NCBI RefSeq assembly: GCF_006345805.1
Contig: NC_042999.1
Span: forward strand, 164,734,001 to 164,798,000
DNA: 64,000 nt
Source of the DNA: Octopus sinensis
Taxonomy: Eukaryota
Direction of reading: 5' to 3'
Below the pieces are notes generated by a model. That model did no database searches. It worked only from the letters and a program-made list of their open reading frames with translations, and was not told the DNA's origin. Both the position numbers and the translations under genes were made by a program. This document shows, piece by piece, positions 54,201-64,000 of the stretch; the first letter of the stretch is position 1, and every line of letters starts with the position of its first letter.

Positions 54201-54536
54201 TTAATATGTTCAATAAGAAATAATTATTTTCGAAATTTTTTCTCTTATGAGGTTTTCACGCTATCTACCTGACAATTTCTTGTTAAGTTTTCCTTATTAA
54301 GTAGTTGTCCTTAATTGCTATATATATATATATATATAAAACAGAAAAAGGAGAAATATTGATCAACAACAATTGACTTACATCAATTATTATTTTTTTA
54401 ATTCAATACAAATAGACTGCATCCCATCTAACAGCTGTTCCGCTTTCAACGTTGTATGGTATGGCTATTGATATTCTGATAATAATCATCATCATATTTG
54501 GTGATATCCTTTATATGGTTATTCCAACGTCTAACT

Positions 54537-54559
<23 letters not shown>

Positions 54560-54573
<14 letters not shown>

Positions 54574-54581
54574 CATAAGGT

Positions 54582-54628
<47 letters not shown>

Positions 54629-54825
54629 TATATATATGACATAAGGTTTTATTTATATATATATATAAATATATATATATATGACATAAGGTTTTATCAG
54701 CCGAAATTACTACGATGATCCGGTTCTTGACTGAAGACTGAGGGTTTCGAATGTCCTGTCCGTGTTTATTGTATCGTCTTCTAAGAGTTATACGTTCTTG
54801 TCCATGTTGTATTTTTCTACATACC

Positions 54826-54856
<31 letters not shown>

Positions 54857-54864
54857 GACATAAG

Positions 54865-54895
<31 letters not shown>

Positions 54896-54903
54896 GACAT
54901 AAG

Positions 54904-54946
<43 letters not shown>

Positions 54947-55020
54947 CATAAGGTTTTATATATATATATAATATATATATATATATGACATAAGGTTTTA
55001 TATATATATATATATATATA
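54560..55020. repeat. Minisatellite GACATAAGGTTTTA embedded in (TA)n
   Basis: About 7 copies here and another near 55726. Confidence 0.85.
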
Positions 55021-55430
55021 GGCGCAGGAGTGGCTGTGTGGTAAGTAGCTTGCTAACAACCACATGGTTCTGGGTTCAGTCCCACTGCGTGACATCTTGA
55101 GCAAGTGTCTTCTGCTATAGCCCCGGGCCGACCAATGCCTGTGTGAGTGGATTTGGTAGACGGAAACTGAAGAAGCCTGTCATATATATATATATATTAT
55201 ATATATGTATGTGGTGTGTTGTGTGTCTATGTTTGTCTCCCTAGCATTGCTTGACAACCGATGCTGGTGTGTTTACGTACTTAGCGGTTTGGCAAAAAGA
55301 GACCGATAGAATAAGTACTGGTCTTACAAAAAAAAAAAGAATAAGTCCCGGGGTCGATTTGCTCGACTAAGGCGGTGCTCCAGCATGGCCGTAGTCAAAT
55401 GACTGAAACAAGTAAAAGAGTAAAAAGAGT
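55021..55430 (+). mobile_element. Full main-family SINE
   Basis: GGCGCAGGAGTGGCTGTGTGGTAAG...GACTGAAACAAGTAAAAGAG. Confidence 0.85.
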
Positions 55431-55739
55431 ATATATATATATATATATTTATTTATTTTATAGAAGGAGCTTCTACAGGACTAGAACTGCTTCATTCAAA
55501 TGAAATCATCAGGAAGCTTTCATTCTCTCCTCTTTCTATTTATAAATGAGACCAAAAGACAAAATGGAAAGGAATGAACAAACACAAACAGTGCAATGAT
55601 TTAGGGACTCCCTTTAATCTTGCTGCAGGGTGGAACAACCCATCTAGTGCCAGGGAATGGATGAATATTTCACTGAGTAAAATGGAAGAATCTGGATATA
55701 TATATATATAAATATATATATATATGACATAAGGTTTTA

Positions 55740-55788
<49 letters not shown>

Positions 55789-55801
55789 TGGTTGTTGGTA
55801 C

Positions 55802-56410
55802 CTATACCTTATGTTCATCATGGCATCTAATGTGGCTTTTTAAACCAGACAATGTATTGAAAAGACACCCCCATAGAGTGCATATCCGATTTGGACCATC
55901 AAGAACTGCAGTTGAGTTCTGATCTTTGTGTATCTTAAAATGTATTTTAAGGCCTCCATTAGAATTGCAGACCATATAGCATACATGGCATTGAAAGGTG
56001 TGCAGAGATATATAGGCAGAATAGCTGGTGGATGTTTGTTTTTCATGGGTCCTCAAATGAGATTTGAGCCCAGCAAAAGAAAGGCATGATGTGTCACAAA
56101 CTGTGCACACAAAAAGGTCATTGAGATTCACCTTCTCAATCACAACATTCTTCTTTAAATCTCTTTTCAGTCTTGCGTATGTTATCCTGGCCTCCTCAAA
56201 TGCTTTTACTCCACTCCATGCATCTGTTCACCATCCAGCTTGATCCGAAGCATTTTTATGGCCTTTGGATCCATTCCAAGTGACTTCATGGTAGTCCTTA
56301 TGCCGTCTTTAAACCTCTTTTTAGGTTTACACCGATTGCATTTCCCTTCTGCCAGCTTGCCATAAAACAGCTGTTTGGTGTGTGCTCATCTACCATTCGG
56401 ACATAATTCT
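55802..56410 (-). mobile_element. RTE LINE C-terminus ending in three C2H2 fingers (third degenerate)
   Basis: VRMVDEHTP/QLFYGKLAEGK...PKKRFKD (RTE motif) continues via frameshifts into AFEEAR...CTVCDTSCLSFAGLKSHLRTH...CHVCYMVCNSNGGLKIHFKIH...CTLWGCLFNTLSGLKSHIRCH. Confidence 0.8.
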
Positions 56411-56421
56411 CATGTCATATA

Positions 56422-56463
<42 letters not shown>

Positions 56464-56509
56464 TATATATATACATACCCACCCCTATATATATATAATA
56501 CACACACAC

Positions 56510-58300
56510 ACCTAACCCGGGGACCTAAAACTACGACCCATTGTAGCTGGCCCAACCTGTGAAACACACAGACTAAGTCTAATTATGGACATCCTCCTGA
56601 AACCCTCCTTAAACATATCGATAGCCATATCAGAGATGACTTAGATATGTTAAACCACCTTCCAAAAAAAGCCAAGGAAGAAACAATCCTGGTTTCATTT
56701 GATGTAGTTAACTTATATACCAGTATACCTCATAATTATGGACTAGAGGCAATACAGGACTGGCTGGACCAATTTCCGGAAGAAATACCAAAAGGATCAG
56801 TAAAGAATTCATTACTAAATCAATTGAATTCATCCTACATAATAACTACTTCATGTTTGACAATACATTTTACCGTCAAAAATCCGGAATTGCTATGGGT
56901 ACAAGGGCAGCACCAGTCATTGCGAACCTAACAATGGGCTACATGGAAATAATCATTTACCAGGAATCTTTATCAATCTTTGGAAACCCCCTTTCTCAAT
57001 ACATAAAATAGAATTGGAAACGATCCTTAGACGATTGTTTTATACTCTGGAATGAAAACACAGATAAACTCATAAAATTTAAAAACCTATTGAACAGCAT
57101 AAACCCAAATATACAGTTCACAATGAAATACAACCAAAAGGAGCTCCCGTTCTTGGATATACTAATTAAAAAAATTAACCTTAAAATAGAAACAGACGTT
57201 TTTTACAAAGCCACAGACGCCAAACAATACCTTCTTTTTAATTCATGCCACCCAAGACACACTAAAACAAACATCCCCTTCAACCTTGCAAGAAGGATAT
57301 GCACAATAGTGTCAGAACAAAATACCAGGAACTTTAGACTGCAAGAACTCAAAAACACCCTAATTGACAGACATTACCCAGCTCAACTCATAGAGGATGG
57401 GATCAGACGTGCAACAAAATCAACATAGAAACTTAAGAAAAGTTCAACCAACACCACACCTTCCCCGAAAATACTACCTTACATATCTACATACAACCCC
57501 AGAAACAAAGAAGCCTTCACCATCATCACCCAGAATTTACCAATACTTCATAAGGACCCCAAATTAAAGGAAATTCTAAACATACACCAAATCATTAAAA
57601 GCTACAAACAACCTAAATCATTTAAAAAGATTCTCACAAAGGCAAAATTGTTTTCTGAAATTACGGATGCAAAAGTAAAAAAATGTGGTAGATCGAACTG
57701 TGCAACATGTCCAAACCTGCTAGAAGGATCAGAATTCCTCTTTAAAGAGGGACAGAAATTCAAGATCAAATCTAACTTTACTTGTGCCTCTGAAAACAAT
57801 TTATGTCATAAAATGCTCAGGCTGCCACCAAGACTACGTGGGATCCACGGGACTATCACTCAGACATAGATGCACACTGCATCGACAACAGATTGCATTC
57901 CCAGAATACAGAATGATACCTTTTAGTGAGCACATTGAGAAATGCGCAAAGCAACTACTACCACAATTTTTAATCTTTCCATTTTACCAATGTGCTATCG
58001 GATCATCAACACAAATTAGACTAAACAAGGAAACATTCTTCATTGAAAAGCACAAGCCCAGACTTAACCATGCCAACATACTGATACAGAGAAATTCACA
58101 CCAAGGGAAAGGAAAAAAATTTTAAGCGATTATCTCCCTTACACCGGAAGAAATCACTCATTACCTCCCCTTATTTAGAACTCTTTTAAACATAAACATA
58201 ACGATAACTCTATTCAACATAAACATAACGTCGTAAGAAATTTGAAAAGCTAAACGCGAAACCGGTCTTTCTTCTAAATTATGTCATTGTAAGGAAAAAA
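56510..58300 (+). mobile_element. 5'-truncated Penelope-like retroelement (RT plus GIY-YIG endonuclease), frameshifted
   Basis: LRPIVAG, SFDVVNLYTSIP, GIAMGTRAAP..ANL, LDDCF, LPFLD, DVFYKAT...SCHP; then IYVIKCSGCHQDYVGST (GIY-YIG-like). Confidence 0.92.
58235..58273 (+). ncRNA. Hammerhead-like motif in the Penelope 3' terminal region (U3:A8-type core, one extra T)
   Basis: AAGAAA-T-TTGAAAA-GC taaac GC-GAAA-CCGG-TC|TTTCTT: 6-bp stem I, 2-bp stem II, palindromic ACCGGT stem III. Confidence 0.45.
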
Positions 58301-58431
58301 ATTTTTTAATATTCTTCCGACATATTGACGCAAATATATTTTTTAACCTTTAAGCCTTCTGTAGTTTTTTCACTTTTTACTATTTTCTATATATTCAACC
58401 ACGTGCTTTCACAAACCAACTTTCTTATCTA

Positions 58432-58476
<45 letters not shown>

Positions 58477-59284
58477 ATACACATATATAATGATGATGGC
58501 TAAATGGTCAAGTAGTTCACTGCACAACCACATCATTAATTCAGTCCACTGCATGGCCTCTTGGGCTAATGCCATTTTCTATAACCTTTATTTGACCCAT
58601 ACCTTGTAAAAGAAACACTTTAGAGAGAAAATCTATAGACGCCTGTTGAATGAATTTTTCATGGGAACAGCATTGTCACACCCTGTGTCAAGCTGTTGCT
58701 ACATGAGAATTACATTCAAGCCATGTGTATGAGTGGAACGCTCAGCTACTCATACATTAATTACATGAGCTGGTAATTCAGTGGACTAAACAATTGAATC
58801 CTTGTTGTTGAATGGAAGAGGGCCAACCCTATATCAACATATTAATTTATTGTTAATAATGTTTTACCTTACAACACTGTTTCAACAAAAGTCAGAATGC
58901 ATTGTTACATTCATAAAATATACAAGGCATCTTATATACTTTCCTCAATTTTGGTTTCAGATTTACAATACAGATACACAGAATCACACAATGTATGCAT
59001 GTGTGTGTGTGTGACCGGAAACACAGGATGCAACTTGCATGATGGGGACACTTATTTACAATAATATCATAATGTCAATGCAAGGAGACAGTAACACACA
59101 CACAAAGTGAGTGTGGGTATCTATATTGTAATTCTGAAACCAAAATCAAGTCAAGTTATGTCTGGCCACATAGAATAAAGAAGTCTGAGATAAGTCTGAG
59201 AATAAGTAAACATTTAATCCTTATTCATTAGTTCAACAAAATATATTTTGTTAAACTAATAATTATGGATTAAATATTCATATA

Positions 59285-59322
<38 letters not shown>

Positions 59323-59509
59323 TGGTGTGTTTGTGTGTGTATAATATATATAGATGTATCTATCTATCTATACATATATGTTTTGTTATGTTGAAGGAGA
59401 CATTATGCCAATATTAACACATGCACTGATTCAATTCCACTCCTTTCTTATAAGTCAACTGATTAAGTTTAAACAGTAAGTTGTTTGTTTATGCAAACCA
59501 GATACAAAA

Positions 59510-59582
<73 letters not shown>

Positions 59583-59749
59583 TACACACACACACATATA
59601 TTTTTTTTTTTTTTTCCTAGTTTCAGCTCAGAGCTGCGGCCATGCTGATGCATCACCGTTAAATATATATAATTTAATAAAGTATTATTATCATTATTAC
59701 AATAATCATGTGGCCAGCAAGTTTAACTTATATAACTAAAATATACAAA

Positions 59750-59928
59750 TAAATTAGGGTACTGGAATATCACTTGCTAGAAATAGGAGTTAACACTCCA
59801 ATGCCACAAATTTCTCACTATTAAGAAACATACACAGCGAATGTAACAAATATAATAAAAAAGCAAGAAATAAGTGTTTCTTAATAGTGAGAAATTTCTA
59901 GCAAGTGATATTCCAGTACCCTAATTTA
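59750..59928. repeat. Small nested-TIR MITE
   Basis: TAAATTAGGGTACTGGAATATCACTTGCTAGAAAT and its reverse complement; inner pair AAATTTCTCACTATTAAGAAACA. Confidence 0.75.
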
Positions 59929-60299
59929 TATATATATATATATATATATATAGGTAAATATATACATACATATTCTTTTTCATACACACACACACACACA
60001 TAGTGGATGGAAAGATGTGTGGAAGATAGGCAATAATTTAGTACATATCGAATTCTTAAACTTCAACTTCTGAATTCGTGTAAAGTACTCCAGAAACAGA
60101 TAAGTTGGTGTGAAGAAATACAAAGTTCAAGCAAGATATCAGAGAGGAAAGATGGCCAAAAACAATTATGGGTGTTAGGAATGCACTTGTAAGACGTTAC
60201 ATATATTTACATAATGTAAACGGAGCTTTACAGCTATTTTAAATATTCAGTAAATGGTTGATCTTATAATGTATATAATACAAAGAGGAGTACATTATG

Positions 60300-61300
60300 A
60301 GGCAATATCACTCAAAAGCATCAACAGGCAAGGATTTTGGTACAATAGTATCATCATACAACAAACATAGGATATTCTCTTTAGAAATTTGGTCTTTGCT
60401 AAACTAACATTAAAGTCCTTTGATTCCTGATTTTGCCTCAACACCTGGAATTTCTTTTTTAATTCTGCTACAGATTTAGCTATAAGAACGAAGTCATCAG
60501 TGTAAAGGAGTTCCCAGGGGCAACTGGTCTTAAAATCCTGAAAGCCTGGAAACAATGAAAAATAGGAGGGGATTGAGAACCAATCTGTACATGAAATTTA
60601 TTGTGGTATTCATTGTTTACTCTCACCTTACTAAATGCCCTTCTGTACGTGGTTTGGTGGCCTTTGCCAGATATTCCTCTACTCCTAGTTTCTGCAGCAA
60701 CTACCACATGATGGAACAAGAGATCCTGTCAAAAACTTTCACCAAGTTAACAAATGCCAAGTACAGAAGTTTACTTTTGGATAAATACTTTTCCTGGAGT
60801 TACCTTACAGGAAAGAGATCATCAATAGTGCTTTTCCTTGGCAAAAAACCAAACTGAATTTCATCTAGTCTAAACCTCTAAGTAGTTGAGCTATAACCTT
60901 CTCTGTAACTTTCACGACCTGGTTCAGCAATTTGATACCTGTGTATTTACTTCTTTCTAAGGCATCTTCTTCATCCTTGTAACACTTGACTATAAGGCTG
61001 CTACACCAGTATGACACCTTCCTGTACCACCTGATTAACTGTACCAGTGACTAGACTGTGTTTCACTCCAACAGATATTTTAAGCATTCTAGTGGTAATT
61101 CCTGATGGAACAGAGGATTTTGCTGTCTTCATATTCTTAATTGCTGCTCAATCTATCATGATGCCGTCAACTATAATGGTTGGCCATTCCAATGGGTTCA
61201 CATTAGGAAGACTCTCTTTCTATGCATTCTCCAGATTTAGTAGTCTTTCATAGAAACACTTCCATGCCCTCCTTTTTCTTTTTCAGGAAGAAAAGGACTT
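60300..61300 (-). mobile_element. Decayed RTE reverse-transcriptase fragment
   Basis: PWELLYTDDFVLIAKS (LLYADD motif), KVRVNNEY..KFHVQIG; multiple frameshifts. Confidence 0.8.
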
Positions 61301-61726
61301 TTAATACAGGGAGCAGGTGTATGCGTGACAGGCTGCATTATAGTGCACGTGCATGCATCTATGGATATAAGTGTGTTTCTAGTTGTTGAAGATCTTTATT
61401 TGAGCTTCATCGCATTTTTTTGGTGTGGTTATGCTTGGGTGAGTAGATGTGGAGGGGGGATGTTTGTATATTTTTATTGGTATGTATATGTATATCTGTG
61501 TGCATTGTATGAAGGTGGGTGTGTGTGTGTGTATGTGTGTGTACAGTGGTGCAGTACAGTAGAGTGTGTGTGTTTATTGAACTGTGAATGTTAAATTGTG
61601 CATCAGTACATAGTGTGTGTATGTATGTGTTTATAATGTGTATGTGTATTTGTGCATCTGTGTGCATGTGCTGGTTGGTTTTTCATGCATGTTTGTTATA
61701 TTTATGGCGTTGTTTGTGTAGCCATC

Positions 61727-61763
<37 letters not shown>

Positions 61764-62059
61764 ACACACACATGTGTAGCTTTAGAGTGTGTAAGTACAT
61801 GTAAATGTTGACTGTGAGTATGTGTGTGTGTGTGTTTATTATCTGAATGCATGTATACTTAGCTTTTAGGGTAAGACATGTTTATTGTATCTCAGGGTGT
61901 GTATGTGTGAGAGTGAATTTGTTTTGTTTTTGAATATATGTGCGACAGTACTGTAACAAAGTGTACATACATTTTTGTGGTGTGTGTGAATGTGTTTACA
62001 TATGTGTGTATATGTGTGAGATGGTATGGGATAGAATTACATTCGTGTGTGTGTGTATA

Positions 62060-62992
62060 ATATATATATATATATATATGAATTTGTTGGTGAAATCCAG
62101 GCCATGATTGACAACGATCCCTCCAAGTCAATCAGGTCTATTATATCTGAGGCAGGTAGTGCATAAAGACATTCTGTATTCCTCATACAAGATGAGAAAG
62201 GGCCAATTTTTATTCCATGCCATCATGGTCAAGAGGAAAAACCGTACTATGAAGCTTTTGAACAAACTCAAACATCCCTTCCAACTGAACATGATTTGGT
62301 TTTTCTTAGAAAAATTTCTGCCAGGATCAGATGGTGAACATACAGAACAACTGTTGGCTTGCTGTGTCCCCAAATCATGTACTGAGAGTTATAAGAATCA
62401 ATCATCCAGTCAACATCATGGTATCTGGAGTGATCACTAGTGATGGTGATGTTATGCCTCCATTAATCTTCCCTGACGACCTCAGACTCAACACAGAAGC
62501 CTACATCAAGTGCTTGGAGGAGGTAGTGCTGCCCTGGGTCAAGAGGGTGGCTGCTGGAAAATCCCCACCCAAATGTCTGGCAACAGGACTCTGCATTATA
62601 CCACACAAGCAGGAGAACCCAGTCATGGCTGTCACAAAATTTCTGCGACTACATCACCCCTGGTCACCTAACTCCCCAGACTGAAAACCCCTTGATTATT
62701 ATGTGTGGGGTGCAGTTGAGCGAGAGACCAACAAAACTCCTTGTAAAACCGAAGATGAACTGAAGGCAAGGATTATGGCAGCATTCACCAACTTAAACTC
62801 GGAGGCTGTCCAGAAGAGTTGCAGGAGATTCTGGAGGCTGTGGTTGAAGCCAATGACAATTTTACTGAATAAATTTACTCTTTAGTATTTCAAGATATTT
62901 TTATGTAATTTTAGTAAATATATCTGTGAAAATGTGATGTTAGTGTTATTTTCATTGTTGCATAATTTAAACAACAATTTATTCCCCACACC
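62060..62992 (+). mobile_element. 5'-truncated Tc1/mariner (maT/DD37D-like) transposon relic
   Basis: IMVSGVITSDGDVMPPLIFP...LNTEAYIKCLEEVVLPW, WQQDSA, NPLDYYVWGAVER; right TIR-like CAATTTATTCCCCACACCC. Subfamily assigned from memory. Confidence 0.75.
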
Positions 62993-63301
62993 CACAATCA
63001 TCATCATCATTTAACGTCCATTGTCCATACTGGCACGGGTCGCATGGTTTGACAAGGGCTGGTAAGCTGGAAGGCTGCACCTGACTCCAGTCTGATTTGG
63101 CATGGTTTTCTACATCTGGATGCCCTTCCTAATGCCAAGCACTCCAGGAGTGTAATGGGTGCTTTTAGGTGCCACCGGCATGAGAGCCATTTGTGTCACA
63201 CCAATATCTACCATGACTGTGATATTGCTCAGCTTCATAGGTCTTCTCAAGCACAACATAATGCCAAGGCTCTCAGACATTGCCTCTGTGTATAGTGTAT
63301 G

Positions 63302-63337
<36 letters not shown>

Positions 63338-63358
63338 CACAATTACATACATACGTAC

Positions 63359-63412
<54 letters not shown>

Positions 63413-63595
63413 AAATTGAGATAGAGGTTGTAAATGCAACCCTCCATGGGATAACATATATCCATATACTGCTAGTGAAGTACCCAACAGAGTTAATACA
63501 TAAATGTTAAGGATTGCGATGCAATCAATTCATTTACTGTATTATATGGGCAAAGGTAAAATGATTTACCACAATTACTAATACAAGATAAGAAA

Positions 63596-64000
63596 ATGGA
63601 GAAATACATCTAAATCAAATATCAATTACCAGATAATACTCAATCACATACTTTATTAAACCACCACATAAGAGACTGTAGGGTTAAACATAAAAAAGCA
63701 GAACAAATCAGTGTACATAAAGGAATGTACATAAAAAAGTGTACATAAAAGAGTAATGTTGAATAATAAGTAGAATATATATAAAAAAGAGAATATAAAT
63801 ATAAGTATAGATTACATCTTACAGCTGTTTCGGCCATGTAGATAAGTATGTCTCATTTTACCAATATTAGCCTTTTTATGTACACTGATTTGTTCTGCTT
63901 TTTTATGTTTAACCCTACAGTCTCTTATGTGGTGGTTTAATAAAGTATGTGATTGAGTATTATCTGGTAATTGATATTTGATTTAGATGTATTTCTCCAT
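63596..64000. repeat. Foldback running off the window end; interior holds the 3' half of a hammerhead motif
   Basis: 63596-63721 pairs with 63875-64000; minus interior GGCC-GAAA-CAGCTG-TA-AGA, same tail as the 36.8-kb motif. Confidence 0.75.

Noticed and set aside
54700-54800. CTGAAGA...TTCGAA hammerhead-like string
   Set aside because: Could not build stems I-III on either strand.
54560-55020. CRISPR-like repeat-spacer pattern
   Set aside because: Eukaryotic context; spacers are only (TA)n; no cas genes.
55802-56143. Host C2H2 zinc-finger gene
   Set aside because: Contiguous with RTE C-terminal motifs upstream; treated as retrotransposon-derived.

Overview
AT-rich eukaryotic DNA, saturated with repeats. 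The tRNA-derived SINEs, RTE/CR1/Penelope relics, Helitrons and (TA)n/(CA)n tracts resemble an octopus (coleoid cephalopod) genome; this is inferred from repeat recognition, not a search. Almost all ORFs in the supplied track are spurious or transposon-derived. The only host-gene coding sequence I can support is absent from the track: a 32-nt minus-strand exon (33544-33575) encoding GFGKQGFQCK, the C1A-domain exon of a conventional protein kinase C. I found neither flanking exon, so most of the window is probably two very large PKC introns; exon 1 may lie in the 100-N gap at 49388-49487 or beyond the window. The most unusual signals: (i) minimal type I hammerhead ribozyme motifs, including a fully formed one with a compensatory U3:A8 core, sense to the PKC pre-mRNA inside a TA-flanked long-TIR element; (ii) many long foldbacks and recent inverted or tandem duplications; (iii) a ratchet-like CAG|GTATGT splice site deep in the intron; (iv) a CpG-island-like block near 42-43 kb; (v) an RTE LINE 3' end carrying a triple C2H2 array. 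Most repeat boundaries are approximate, read by eye.
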